From Deltaproteobacteria bacterium SG8_13 (lineage in GTDB: Bacteria; Desulfobacterota; Desulfobacteria; Desulfobacterales; SG8-13), in contig LJNK01000008.1 in assembly GCA_001303025.1 (NCBI GenBank), forward strand, positions 663-64,662: a stretch of 64,000 bases of DNA, written 5' to 3'. The first letter of the stretch is position 1, and each line of letters opens with the position of its first letter. The position numbers were made by a program, and so were the translations under genes. The notes beneath the pieces are model-generated. The model searched no databases, was not told the origin of the DNA, and was given only the letters and a program-made list of their open reading frames with translations. Positions 1 to 8,888 of this stretch are shown here, in pieces.

Positions 1-121
1 GAGACAGGGCATAGGTGAGATGGGCCATCGCTTCTTCGTGGCTCTTGCTCAGATAGTAATACTCGGGATCGGGTACGAGTTTGAAGGGCCTTTCCCGAAA
101 TGCGAAAAAATTCTTGTACAT
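1..121 (-). CDS. ExeA/GspA/MshM-family AAA ATPase, N-terminal 40 codons only (gene runs off the left edge)
   Basis: Reverse-complement translation from the ATG at 121 gives MYKNFFAFRERPFKLVPDPEYYYLSKSHEEAMAHLTYALS. The F-x-E-x-P-F...P-D-P-x-[FY]...S-H-x-E-A-x-A-x-L pattern is the typical N-terminus of ExeA-like ATPases. It is too short for the ORF track. Confidence 0.5.
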   Translation of the reverse strand, partial: MYKNFFAFRERPFKLVPDPEYYYLSKSHEEAMAHLTYALS

Positions 122-319
122 CAGTGTGCCTGGGCCCGTGCTGGGGGTTACCGGTTTCCGACGATGTCGGGATATGCGCTGTAACTATTCATTTTAACAG
201 AAAATTTATCCGTTATAAATATGTTTGTCGATTCGGCTGTCCGTTCGGCCATCGGCTGCACAAACACCGCGCGCATCTTCGAAGAATATTTACGACCCGC
301 ATGCAACACCTGTGAGAGG

Positions 320-1297
320 CTAAAACAGCTCGAGCTGATCCATCTGGCCGCTGTCAAAATGACTGATAAAAAGCTCCACCTGTTTTTTCAGCCCTTCCAC
401 CCCTTCCCTGTTTGTCAACTTCCAGGTGTAAAGATCCCGATGCAACTGCCGGCTATCTTCGCTCAAGGCCTCGATTACCTGTACCCTGGCGGGCTCCCAG
501 ATCAGATGCGCTTCTTCCATCGGCAGCCCGATCTTCTGAAAATACCAGTTGCAGCTCCTTTCCCACCAGATGGACATAGCAGAGTCGTTGGTCTGGGCTC
601 CTTCAAAGTAAAACAGCGTCCACTCGAGCTGTTTCAGCGGGATGTGCAGGTCGCGGGCGACGTCCTTCAGCACGCGCCGCCCCTGGGGGGTGTGCATGTC
701 AAGCGCCACCCAGTACGGAAACGCTTGGGTGTGTTGCGCGGCAAGCTCAACAGGTGGGATGTCGCCGATAACAGCCAGGTAGGCAGCCGCCTGAATGACT
801 GCTCGGTCTCTGGCCAAACCCGCCTGCCGGAACCGGTGGGCATTTTCAACGAGTATTTTGGCGCAGGCGGCAGTTTTGATTTGATCCACCCAGTTCCAGA
901 ATTCATCCGGGCGGCGGACCGCATTGGACACGATTCGGATGTGCCTGTCCTCCGCAGACCCTGTCAGCACCGAGCGATCTCCTTCGCTCAGTGCATAGGC
1001 CAAAAATCCGAGACCGGTGGCATCTTTGGCTTTCTTCGAGCGGGTTACTTTCACCAGCGCGGCCACTTTGCTGTGAAATTTGCGGTTGAATACCAGGTCG
1101 GTGCCCAGTGGCCAGCATTCTTCGAAGGTGACAATCGCTGTCTGGTTTCGAAACCAGTTTTTTTCCTTGCTGCTCAGGCTCTCCAGGATGGCACTGGTGG
1201 TAAAAACCAGATCGACATCTCCCCGCCGCACAGCTTTCTGCAACAAGGAACGAAAGCGGGCGTCGATATCCCAGTGGTGTTTATCGGTAATCGCCAT
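320..1297 (-). CDS. Hypothetical protein, 325 aa, no confident family
   Basis: The minus-strand ORF has protein-like composition (Trp, Glu and Lys balanced). The overlapping plus-strand ORF 221..1348 is Gly/Arg/Pro/His-rich, as expected for an antisense shadow. The N-terminal SLLQKAVRRGDVDL weakly resembles the K-x-[IV]-R-G-x-D-x-D helix of the MgsA/RarA C-terminal domain (by eye only). Confidence 0.6.
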   Translation of the reverse strand: MAITDKHHWDIDARFRSLLQKAVRRGDVDLVFTTSAILESLSSKEKNWFRNQTAIVTFEECWPLGTDLVFNRKFHSKVAALVKVTRSKKAKDATGLGFLAYALSEGDRSVLTGSAEDRHIRIVSNAVRRPDEFWNWVDQIKTAACAKILVENAHRFRQAGLARDRAVIQAAAYLAVIGDIPPVELAAQHTQAFPYWVALDMHTPQGRRVLKDVARDLHIPLKQLEWTLFYFEGAQTNDSAMSIWWERSCNWYFQKIGLPMEEAHLIWEPARVQVIEALSEDSRQLHRDLYTWKLTNREGVEGLKKQVELFISHFDSGQMDQLELF

Positions 1298-1440
1298 TTC
1301 TTCGCAAAAACGTCGTGGGTCTCCAAACGCTTCACAAATCCGATCTGAATCGCATCATTGGCCTGATTGGCCCTTACTACAGACGGTAGTGCTCTTGGGA
1401 CTGAAAGGCCTTATTTGCCGAAGCGATCTGATGTGCTGAA

Positions 1441-2307
1441 TCATTTCGGTTCAAAAAAATCTTGTAGGTTGATGACCTTGTCGTCTTTTTTTGCGGCGGC
1501 TTTCAAACCGGCGAGAGAGACTTTGCGCTTTTCTTGCCGCAGATCCTCGATCATGCGCTGCAGTTCGGGCTTGCGTTTGACGGTCTGTTCGATTTGGTCG
1601 CTCAGCTTGCCCCAACGCTCTTCCAGATCGCCCGGGTCCAGAGAAAACCCACCGAAGGTTTTCAAAACGCTGCACAGGGCTGCGAGCAGGCCGTAGTGGG
1701 AGGTACCCTGCAGGTAGTAGGGACAGTGGCTCCAAATGCTTACACAGTCGTAGCCCGATCCGGCCCCCTCCATTTGAAGAAGGGAGTGAATCGCGCTGGG
1801 CCCTTCATAGGATATCCGGTTTACACTGCCTGCTTCGAGCCGGGCCATCAGAGTTTCCGAAGAAGCCATGCCGGAAATGCGGCGATCCGAGTGCATCACG
1901 TTGTCGTACATGCTGCCCAGGGTGATCAACGTCCGCCCGCCCAGCCGACGCCCCAGCGCAAACAGCTCATCTGCAAATCGCTTCCAGTGCAGTGCCGGCT
2001 CATCCGCCTTCAAAATGACCAGATCCGGTTCTTCCGCTGCGGTGCGCGCATAGAAAAACGTTCCTCCTGGAGGGTGAAGAGCCGTCAGTCTGCCTTCTTC
2101 GATCTGCACAATCGGCCGGGACTGGTCGAAACGGTAAAAAACGTCCGGGTTGATCCGGGCAAACGCTTTCGCCTCGAGCTTCTCCACCAGATGGTCCGCC
2201 ATGTCTGTAGCCACGTTCAGCGCATTGCCCCAACCGAAAAAACCGGCGATGAGAAGCGGCTGCTGAAGATCGGGCACATCATCCAATTGAATATCCGGTG
2301 CGTCCAT
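1441..2307 (-). CDS. PAC2 (proteasome assembly chaperone 2-like) family protein
   Basis: PLLIAGFFGWGNALNVATDMADHLV, EPDLVILKADEPALHW and LITLGSMYDNVMHSDR follow the usual PAC2-family layout. The ORF stays open up to a GTG at 2361. The first ATG (MDAPDIQLDD) is at 2307. Confidence 0.7.
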   Translation of the reverse strand: MDAPDIQLDDVPDLQQPLLIAGFFGWGNALNVATDMADHLVEKLEAKAFARINPDVFYRFDQSRPIVQIEEGRLTALHPPGGTFFYARTAAEEPDLVILKADEPALHWKRFADELFALGRRLGGRTLITLGSMYDNVMHSDRRISGMASSETLMARLEAGSVNRISYEGPSAIHSLLQMEGAGSGYDCVSIWSHCPYYLQGTSHYGLLAALCSVLKTFGGFSLDPGDLEERWGKLSDQIEQTVKRKPELQRMIEDLRQEKRKVSLAGLKAAAKKDDKVINLQDFFEPK

Positions 2308-2403
2308 GCGATCAGTTTTGCAGCTAAAAACGGCGATGTCAAGCCACGGGGCCGCCGACACGGCAATTGCGAGCCCGCTGTCGGTCGGTCAATGCCATCG
2401 ATG

Positions 2404-2419
2404 TGCCAAGGGTTTGCCA
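2404..2419 (-). promoter_or_regulatory. Sigma-54-like -24/-12 element upstream of the PAC2 gene
   Basis: The minus strand reads TGGCAA-ACCCT-TGGCA. GG and GC are at consensus spacing and 9 of 11 specified consensus positions match. It lies about 97 nt upstream of the ATG at 2307. Confidence 0.3.
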
Positions 2420-2851
2420 GCCGGATTCGACCGGGAGAAAAACCTTCAATCTGCGGCTTTGTCCGCAGCCATATACTGGTTGACCCTTGACATATCGACA
2501 CCGGTTTTGCTACCTGAAAAGATGTCCGACGATTACGGATCCATAGATGCTTTCGTTCCGGTCGCCGGCACCGGCAGTGTGTTCGGCCGCTGTTCACTTC
2601 AGCGAAACCTCCGTTTTACTTCGAACTTCCGGCAACGGCTGCGGCGAGATGAGACAGATCCACGCTGGTTTGCCGACCTTCATATACTACCAACAGAAGC
2701 CGTTTTGACCCGCCGATGCCGGTGATGGAACAACATCACCGACACAGCGACGGCTATCTCGACGATGCGCCGTCTGTGCGCTTTCCGGCGGCATCCGCAC
2801 CGCCATAAGAGTCCGGGCCGGCAACCACAAGCAGTGAGAAGGGAGCTGACG

Positions 2852-4162
2852 TTGAGCCGACACAAGAAGGTTAAAGACCTGCAGGCCTACCTGGACGATA
2901 CCGACGGGCGACAAGACCGGCTGCAGATCGTAGAAAACGCGCTGCAGGAAAGCGAAGCCAAGTACCACCGGGTGATCGAGAATATCGAGGACGGCTACTA
3001 CGAAGTCGATCTGGCCGGCAACTTCACCTTTTTCAACGACGCCATGGCCCGTATCGCCGGATATCCCCGCCGGGAACTGATGGGCATGAACAACCGGCAG
3101 ATAATGGACGAATTTAATGCCAGGCGGGTCTATGAAGTCTTTAACAAGGTTTTCGTGACCGGCATGGCGGCAAAAGCATTTGATTGGGAGCTTATTCGAA
3201 AGGACGGGGAGAAATGCACGCTCGAAGTGTCGGTTTCCCTGCGAAAATCTCGCCACGGGAAGCCGATCGGTTTCTCGGGAATTGCCAGGGATATTTCCCG
3301 CCGCAAAATGATGGAGCACGCCCTGCGGGAAAGCGAGGAAAAATACCGCACGATCATCGAAAACATTGAAGACGGATACTACGAAGTCGATCTGGCCGGC
3401 AATTTCACTTTCTTCAATGACTCTCTGTGTCGCATGACGAGCTATTCGCGAGACGAGTTGATCGGCAGAAACTACCGGGAAATAATGGACGAATACAACG
3501 CCAAAAGAGTCTACAACGTTTTCAATACCGTATTTATAACCCAGCTCTCCACCAAGGCCGTGGACTGGGAACTGCTTCGCAGAGACTCTTCCACGCGCTA
3601 TATCGAGGTTTCGGTTTCTCTGCGCAAGAATCTGACCGGTGTTCCGGTCGGTTTCATGGGTATCGCCCGAGACATCACCGAAAGAAAAATGAACGAACGG
3701 ACCCTGATCGCCAGGGAGGAAGAACTGAAAACCAAGACGACCAACCTGGAAGAAGTCAACACCGCATTGAAAGTGCTGCTGCGTCGCAGAGAGGAAGACA
3801 AGCGAGAGCTGGAGGAGACCGTGATGACCAACCTCGACGACCTGGTTCACCCATACCTGGAAAGAATCAGGAAAAGCGCCAATAACAAGAAATTGCTTGA
3901 AATTGTCGACGTCATGGAAACCAATTTACAAACCATTACTTCACCTTTTTTCCACAAACTCTCCTCACAGATTCAAAACCTGACCTCGGCTGAGATTGAA
4001 ATTGCCAACCTGGTAAAACAGGGGAAAAGTACCAAAGAGATCTCCGATCTGCTGAATGTCTCCATCAAAACCATTGAAACCCATCGATTGCATATCCGGA
4101 AAAAATTGGGGCTCAGCAAAAAACGAGCCAGTCTCAGGACCCACCTGCTGTCCATTCGCTGA
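2852..4162 (+). CDS. LuxR-family transcriptional regulator with two tandem PAS domains
   Basis: Two 127-aa PAS modules (..IENIEDGYYEVDLAGNFTFFND..GIARDI[ST]xRK) are followed by a coiled-coil region. The C-terminus carries a LuxR/GerE HTH (LTSAEIEIANLVKQGKSTKEISDLLNVSIKTIETHRLHIRKKLGL). The ORF is open from the ATG at 2765. A TTG at 2852 has a GGGAG Shine-Dalgarno 6 nt upstream, so the start is uncertain. Confidence 0.85.
   Translation: MSRHKKVKDLQAYLDDTDGRQDRLQIVENALQESEAKYHRVIENIEDGYYEVDLAGNFTFFNDAMARIAGYPRRELMGMNNRQIMDEFNARRVYEVFNKVFVTGMAAKAFDWELIRKDGEKCTLEVSVSLRKSRHGKPIGFSGIARDISRRKMMEHALRESEEKYRTIIENIEDGYYEVDLAGNFTFFNDSLCRMTSYSRDELIGRNYREIMDEYNAKRVYNVFNTVFITQLSTKAVDWELLRRDSSTRYIEVSVSLRKNLTGVPVGFMGIARDITERKMNERTLIAREEELKTKTTNLEEVNTALKVLLRRREEDKRELEETVMTNLDDLVHPYLERIRKSANNKKLLEIVDVMETNLQTITSPFFHKLSSQIQNLTSAEIEIANLVKQGKSTKEISDLLNVSIKTIETHRLHIRKKLGLSKKRASLRTHLLSIR
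2942..3703 (+). repeat. Intragenic tandem duplication of a 381-nt PAS module
   Basis: Copy 1 runs from 2942 (CTGCAGGAAAGCGAAGCC..) and copy 2 from 3323 (CTGCGGGAAAGCGAGGAA..). A 48-nt core (GG[CA]TACTACGAAGTCGATCTGGCCGGCAA[CT]TTCAC..) differs at only about 5 positions. The protein copies are roughly 60 percent identical by eye. Confidence 0.85.
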
Positions 4163-4325
4163 CAGCCGTGACCTTCGGTCTGCCATCGTGGCCGACGAAC
4201 CTGTCGTTTGATAACCCCCGGCAGAAGACAATCGCCCGGAGAGACGGCCGACCGCCGCGGCCGTTTATCGGATGGTGACAATTTTATTGTTTTGGGTGGT
4301 CGAAGCTTTAGGGCCGGCAGCCGGT

Positions 4326-5762
4326 TCACTCCAGAGCGTTGCGGAAAATCTGATAGCGCCGCTGCAACCCAGCATGGCTCCGGGGTTTAAAAACCCGGCC
4401 GTGACCGGGTTTTGGCCAGTGAGGCGGGCTGCCGCACGACAGCCACGCAATTCCCCGGGCCGTGGCTTCCGACTCGGCAGGCCGGTAGACCGTCACCTGT
4501 GTCAGATCCGCGAGACGCTGACAGATTCCGTCCACGGCTGCCAGTCCTCCGCCGACCTGAATCCTTCGAACTCGGCGACCTGCCGCCACCAGCTCTTCGA
4601 TATTGGCCTGCAGCATAAAGACAATGCTTTCCACCACCGCGACTGCCCGCTGCCACGGTTCACCGTCGCCGATAAGATGAGGTTCGGGGCCGGCCTGCCA
4701 CCAGGGCGATCCGAGGCCACCGATGGTGTTGACAAATACGGGAAGCTCTCCGCCGCGCTGCAGCCACTGCGGCAGGCGCTGCAGCATATCGGGAAGCGCC
4801 CAGGCCCGGCCGGCCCACTGCAGCGAGGCTGCAGCGCCGTTGACGGTGCCTTCGACCGCGTGCTCCCGCTGCTCCGCGCTGCTGTTTGAAACCCCACTGA
4901 GCAAGGCTGGCGTGCGCACGCAACGACCGCCGGTCAGCATTAATACAAATGCACCGGTGCCGATATTGATGACCGCAACGCTGCCGGCCGGCCGGCCTTG
5001 ACTGTATATGGCGGCTGTCTGATCTCCGTTTACAGCCGTCAGGGGAATTTCTGCAGCCCGCAGCCCTCCGTAGGGGTGACAGACGGGCCGGCAGGCCGGC
5101 AGCCATCCCGGCGAAATTTGGAACAAATCCAGCAGCCAGGGATCCCAGTCAAGGGAATCGAGGCTCACCAACTGGGTCCGCAAGGCGTTGGCGTGATCGA
5201 CCAACAAGGGGCGATCCTTGAGCAGGTGAAACAGCACAAAGCTGACCAGCGGTCCCATCACAAGGCAGCCGTCGTTGGCGGCCTGCGCCACCGCTGGAAG
5301 ATTGTCCAGCATCCAGCGGAATTTACTGGCACCGTAATGGGGAGTCACCCGCAGTCCGGTGAGCTGTTTGATTCGGTCGTTATGTTTTTTCAGTTTCTGC
5401 AGCCAAAGGGCATTTCTGCGATCCTGCCAGCTGATGGCCGCCGACAAAGCTCTGCCGCTTCGCACATCCCATGCCACAACCGTCGACCGCTGGGTGGTCA
5501 GACCCGCGCCGGCGATCTCCAGCCGCCGGACCCGCCTGTCGGCCATCGCCCGTGAAACGACGACCCGTACCGTCCTGCGGATTTCTTCTGCGTCCTGCGT
5601 GACACAGTCCGGTGAGGTTCTGTGGAGTTGAACCTCGGCAAATGTCCTGAAGTGCACCCTGCCCGCGGCATCGAGCACCAGCGCCCGGGTAGCGTGGGTT
5701 CCCTGGTCGATTACCAGTGTAGCGGGTCCTTTGTCGGCAGCAGGTCTGGAAAACCTTGACAT
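4326..5762 (-). CDS. FGGY-family carbohydrate kinase (glycerol kinase-like)
   Basis: N-terminal LVIDQGTHATRALVLD matches the FGGY_N D-x-G-T signature. The C-terminal GGLAAVDGICQRLADL and the 478-aa length also fit. Confidence 0.8.
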   Translation of the reverse strand: MSRFSRPAADKGPATLVIDQGTHATRALVLDAAGRVHFRTFAEVQLHRTSPDCVTQDAEEIRRTVRVVVSRAMADRRVRRLEIAGAGLTTQRSTVVAWDVRSGRALSAAISWQDRRNALWLQKLKKHNDRIKQLTGLRVTPHYGASKFRWMLDNLPAVAQAANDGCLVMGPLVSFVLFHLLKDRPLLVDHANALRTQLVSLDSLDWDPWLLDLFQISPGWLPACRPVCHPYGGLRAAEIPLTAVNGDQTAAIYSQGRPAGSVAVINIGTGAFVLMLTGGRCVRTPALLSGVSNSSAEQREHAVEGTVNGAAASLQWAGRAWALPDMLQRLPQWLQRGGELPVFVNTIGGLGSPWWQAGPEPHLIGDGEPWQRAVAVVESIVFMLQANIEELVAAGRRVRRIQVGGGLAAVDGICQRLADLTQVTVYRPAESEATARGIAWLSCGSPPHWPKPGHGRVFKPRSHAGLQRRYQIFRNALE

Positions 5763-5941
5763 CTGATCAATTCGGGCATACGAAGTTATGTTTATATTCT
5801 ACTGGCAAATACCTCTCTGCGGCCGGTTGAACCCGATACAGCCGTCGGAGACGCAGAAGCAATGCCGGATACCGGCAGCCAGAAATTACGGCTCGAACCG
5901 CCGCTGCGGTGGCGTGGAGAGTCGGAACCGAATCGTTCGCC

Positions 5942-6298
5942 ATGGCTGATGAAAGACGAAAATATCCCAGGATCGCCGTCCAAACCGTATTCTCCTACAT
6001 ATGCCTGGATGAGGACGGACATCCGATAGATGAGGGAATGGGCACAACGGTGGATATCAGCCAGGGCGGCATCATGATCGAAACCAGCCGCCCCATCGAG
6101 ACAGAAACCCTTCTGCTGGTATCCGTCGATAGAGACAAAAAGGTGCTGGAGATCAAAGGAAAGGTGGTGTACACTCGCACCATCGGTCCCTCAAAGCACC
6201 TGGCCGGTATTCAGTTCAAGGGAACACCCGAGGAAGTGATGAGGATGGTGAAAAACCTCATCATCGAATTTCACAGTCGCAAAAGCCCCATCCGGTAA
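5942..6298 (+). CDS. PilZ domain protein (c-di-GMP receptor-type)
   Basis: RRKYPR (RxxxR) and DISQGG (DxSxxG) are present at the expected spacing. It is a single-domain protein of about 118 aa. The ORF track starts at a GTG at 5909, and the ATG is at 5942. Confidence 0.75.
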   Translation: MADERRKYPRIAVQTVFSYICLDEDGHPIDEGMGTTVDISQGGIMIETSRPIETETLLLVSVDRDKKVLEIKGKVVYTRTIGPSKHLAGIQFKGTPEEVMRMVKNLIIEFHSRKSPIR

Positions 6299-6305
6299 GG
6301 AACAC

Positions 6306-6935
6306 GTGCCCGTGAGATGGCCTGCCGTACGCTTTTTATTCCCGATTGCGATCGGAATCGCTCTGCTGTGCGCCGCAGCACCCCTTTCGGCCGGTATCTA
6401 CTCCTGGACCGATGAAAAAGGTGTCAGGCATTACAGCAACGTAGCACCGACTGAAACCGATCAGGAGGTGCAGCGGCTCGATGAGATTCCGTCGAGTGCA
6501 CCGGAAAATCGCGGGCCGACCGCCCCTTCTGGAACCGGTCCTTCAGAACCGGCTGCCTTCGGGGATACAGCCCCTGCGGATCCCGGCGCGGAAGACAAAC
6601 CCGTCGAAACCGGCGCTCCAGAATCCGCATCCAAGTCCGAAAAGAGTCCAACCCCGGTGCCCACCGAGCAAAACGAAATCGTTCAGAGCGAAAAAGCGGT
6701 TGTCAAAGAGCTCCAGCGCCAGCTGGTACAGGACGCTTCCCGGCGGGGTGAATTCGTTGAAAAAGAACGCCAGCGGCTCTCCCGTGCCCTCGAGCAGCTC
6801 CAGAAAACACCTGTGGCTGAGTTCGGCTCACAGAAGAATAAAACCCGGGCGATGGGGTACTACCGATATCGCCTGGAAGCCTTGGAGGGTTCCCCCGACA
6901 GCTATTTCACCTACGGCGACAGTGACATCGACTAG
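6306..6935 (+). CDS. DUF4124-like secreted protein with a Pro/Ala/Glu-rich linker
   Basis: A signal peptide (FLFPIAIGIALLCAAAPLSA) is followed by GIYSWTDEKGVRHYSNVAP, the DUF4124 signature. It uses a GTG start immediately after the pilZ stop. Confidence 0.65.
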   Translation: MPVRWPAVRFLFPIAIGIALLCAAAPLSAGIYSWTDEKGVRHYSNVAPTETDQEVQRLDEIPSSAPENRGPTAPSGTGPSEPAAFGDTAPADPGAEDKPVETGAPESASKSEKSPTPVPTEQNEIVQSEKAVVKELQRQLVQDASRRGEFVEKERQRLSRALEQLQKTPVAEFGSQKNKTRAMGYYRYRLEALEGSPDSYFTYGDSDID

Positions 6936-7102
6936 AATTGGTTTGAACACCTCTTCTACGCCCCGATAGCTGCGTTGTCCCGCAAACTGAAATACTCACG
7001 GCATTCTGCGTACGCTCGGTTTTCGATCCTCGCAACACCTTACTCTCGTGTCTGATTCAATGTGTTGAAACCGATTCTGTATCTGTTCCACGAACATCCG
7101 TT

Positions 7103-8113
7103 TTAGTATTTCGGCACGGAAATCAGATGTTTCTCGACACCCACCGCCGCCGGAATCTGCTTCTGATCCAGCAGGATCTGCTCGGTCTGTTTCCATGCCG
7201 GCACATCGATGGTACCCACCGGTACGGCCGGCAGCGGGTGAACCAGACTGCGCGTGATTTCCAGCTGTTCGACCAGCGTGGATAGGGACGAGTCCTTGTC
7301 GTAATTCTGCACGGCCCGTATCGTTTTGTCGCTGTTGGCCGGGTCCATTGCCGCCTGCCACCCCCTTAGCAATGCGACGGTGAACCGGTTCACCGTATCC
7401 GGTTTTTTCTCCAACAGCTGCCGGGAAGTAACCACGGAATTGGCTACAAACTGAACCCCGTAATCAACCGGGTTGAAAAAGGCGTAGCTCTCGCCGGCTT
7501 CGCGCAATTTGCCGCCCAGAAACACCGCCTGGGAATTGCGATATACCGGCCAGAAATTCACCTTCTTCTGAAAAAAAGGGGTGTAGTCGTACCGGACGCT
7601 GAAAAGCGTCACATCGTTTTCAGCAAGTCCGGCTTTGGCCAGCAGGGTCCGCAAGATATGCTCGTCGTTGCCGCCAAATGTCACGCCAAGGGTCTTTCCC
7701 TTTAAATCCCCCAGGTTTTGGATTTCCAGGTAGTCCGGGCGATACATCCATTGCAGCGGATTGATTTGAAACAGCTGGGCGATCACAACGACATCGGCCC
7801 CTTTCGACAGCGCACGGATCACCTGGTCGGCGGAGGCAACGCCAAACTGCGCGCGACCGAGCTCCAGTTCACGGATGGCATCTCTTTCCGGTCCGCCCTC
7901 TTTGATCGTGACTGTCAGCCCCTGTTTTTGGAAATACCGGTGAACATCGGCGTAAATGTCCCCGGCCACGCTCATGTTAAATAACCACTTGAGCCGGTAA
8001 CTGACCTGCTCGGCGGCATTTGCCTCCGGGGACGAAGCAGGGGACAGCTGCAGAATCGAAAAAACCGCTATCAGAGCGGTGCAAGCGAATTTGGATAACC
8101 GTTTGTCTCTCAT
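7103..8113 (-). CDS. ABC transporter substrate-binding protein (NMT1/THI5-like, NitT/TauT family)
   Basis: It has a signal peptide ending ..PEANA. Its 336 aa have a SsuA/NMT1-like pattern (LKWLFNMSVAGDIYA, GVASADQVI). It is the last gene of a three-gene ABC operon. Confidence 0.75.
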   Translation of the reverse strand: MRDKRLSKFACTALIAVFSILQLSPASSPEANAAEQVSYRLKWLFNMSVAGDIYADVHRYFQKQGLTVTIKEGGPERDAIRELELGRAQFGVASADQVIRALSKGADVVVIAQLFQINPLQWMYRPDYLEIQNLGDLKGKTLGVTFGGNDEHILRTLLAKAGLAENDVTLFSVRYDYTPFFQKKVNFWPVYRNSQAVFLGGKLREAGESYAFFNPVDYGVQFVANSVVTSRQLLEKKPDTVNRFTVALLRGWQAAMDPANSDKTIRAVQNYDKDSSLSTLVEQLEITRSLVHPLPAVPVGTIDVPAWKQTEQILLDQKQIPAAVGVEKHLISVPKY

Positions 8114-8135
8114 CGTTCGACACTCCTTGGGCGTC

Positions 8136-8888
8136 TTATTTACTGGCCCAACCTTTTTTGATCATATAGCCGCTGACCTCCAGCAGCCCTTGATAGACCG
8201 ACAGCGTAATGCCGATGATAAACAGTGCGATGATGATCTTTGCCAGATCGCTCTGAAAGAGCGCGATACGGATACTGTAGCCGATGCCGGCGTTTGCGGC
8301 AATGAATTCGGCCACGATCGTTCCGGCCATGGCCAGCGTCGCACTGCCGGCAACGACGGTGGTAAGTTTGCTCATATTTTCGAAAGCCCGGATCTTGACT
8401 TCCAGCTGCCAGCGCATCCTGCCCGTAACCCGATAAAAGTGTTCGATGTCGGCAACCGGTTCGGACATGATGCCGATGACAGAGAGCAGCAGCGGAAAAT
8501 AGCAGATCATGGCCGCGATGATCAGTCGCGAAATGACGCCGTCACCCAGCAGAATGAAAATGATCGGGGCGATGGCGACGATCGGATAGGCCTGAACGTT
8601 ATAGGCCGCCACTTTGATAAAAGAGCCGAACCAGGTTGCCTGACGCCCGGTAATGCCTACCAGCAGGGCCAAAATGATGGATATGATCTGGCCGACAATG
8701 GCCACTGTCATCGTGTTCAGCACGTCGGAGAAATAGCGGACAAACTCCTCAGATCCTGTCTGCCAGATATCGCCCGGGCTCGGAATCACGTAATCCGACA
8801 AGCCCATGCCGTACTTGACCAGAAACAGAAAACCGACTGCCAGCAGGTAGATGATAAAAAACTGATAGATCCGTCTATGAAGAAGCAT
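8136..8888 (-). CDS. ABC transporter permease (NitT/TauT family)
   Basis: The protein is polytopic and hydrophobic. The likely start MLLHRRIYQFF at 8888 overlaps the ATPase stop. The upstream part of ORF 8136..9041 is Ser/Arg/Cys-rich and not protein-like. Confidence 0.8.
   Translation of the reverse strand: MLLHRRIYQFFIIYLLAVGFLFLVKYGMGLSDYVIPSPGDIWQTGSEEFVRYFSDVLNTMTVAIVGQIISIILALLVGITGRQATWFGSFIKVAAYNVQAYPIVAIAPIIFILLGDGVISRLIIAAMICYFPLLLSVIGIMSEPVADIEHFYRVTGRMRWQLEVKIRAFENMSKLTTVVAGSATLAMAGTIVAEFIAANAGIGYSIRIALFQSDLAKIIIALFIIGITLSVYQGLLEVSGYMIKKGWASK

Noticed and set aside
221-1348. 375-aa plus-strand ORF overlapping the 325-aa minus-strand ORF
   Set aside because: Its composition is Gly/Arg/Pro/His/Phe-heavy with no recognisable motifs, typical of an antisense shadow ORF in GC-rich coding DNA. 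The minus-strand partner looks protein-like.
2306-2725. 139-aa plus-strand ORF (and 126-aa minus-strand ORF 2217..2597) in the PAC2/LuxR intergenic region
   Set aside because: The sequence is not protein-like (runs of Arg, Cys and Ser). It overlaps the PAC2 5' end and has no ribosome-binding site.
5777-5789. CATACGAAGTTAT, a 12/13 match to one arm of the loxP site (TATACGAAGTTAT)
   Set aside because: Only a single arm is present. There is no 8-bp spacer with an inverted second arm, and no tyrosine recombinase or vector-like sequence nearby. It is most simply a chance match in a promoter region.
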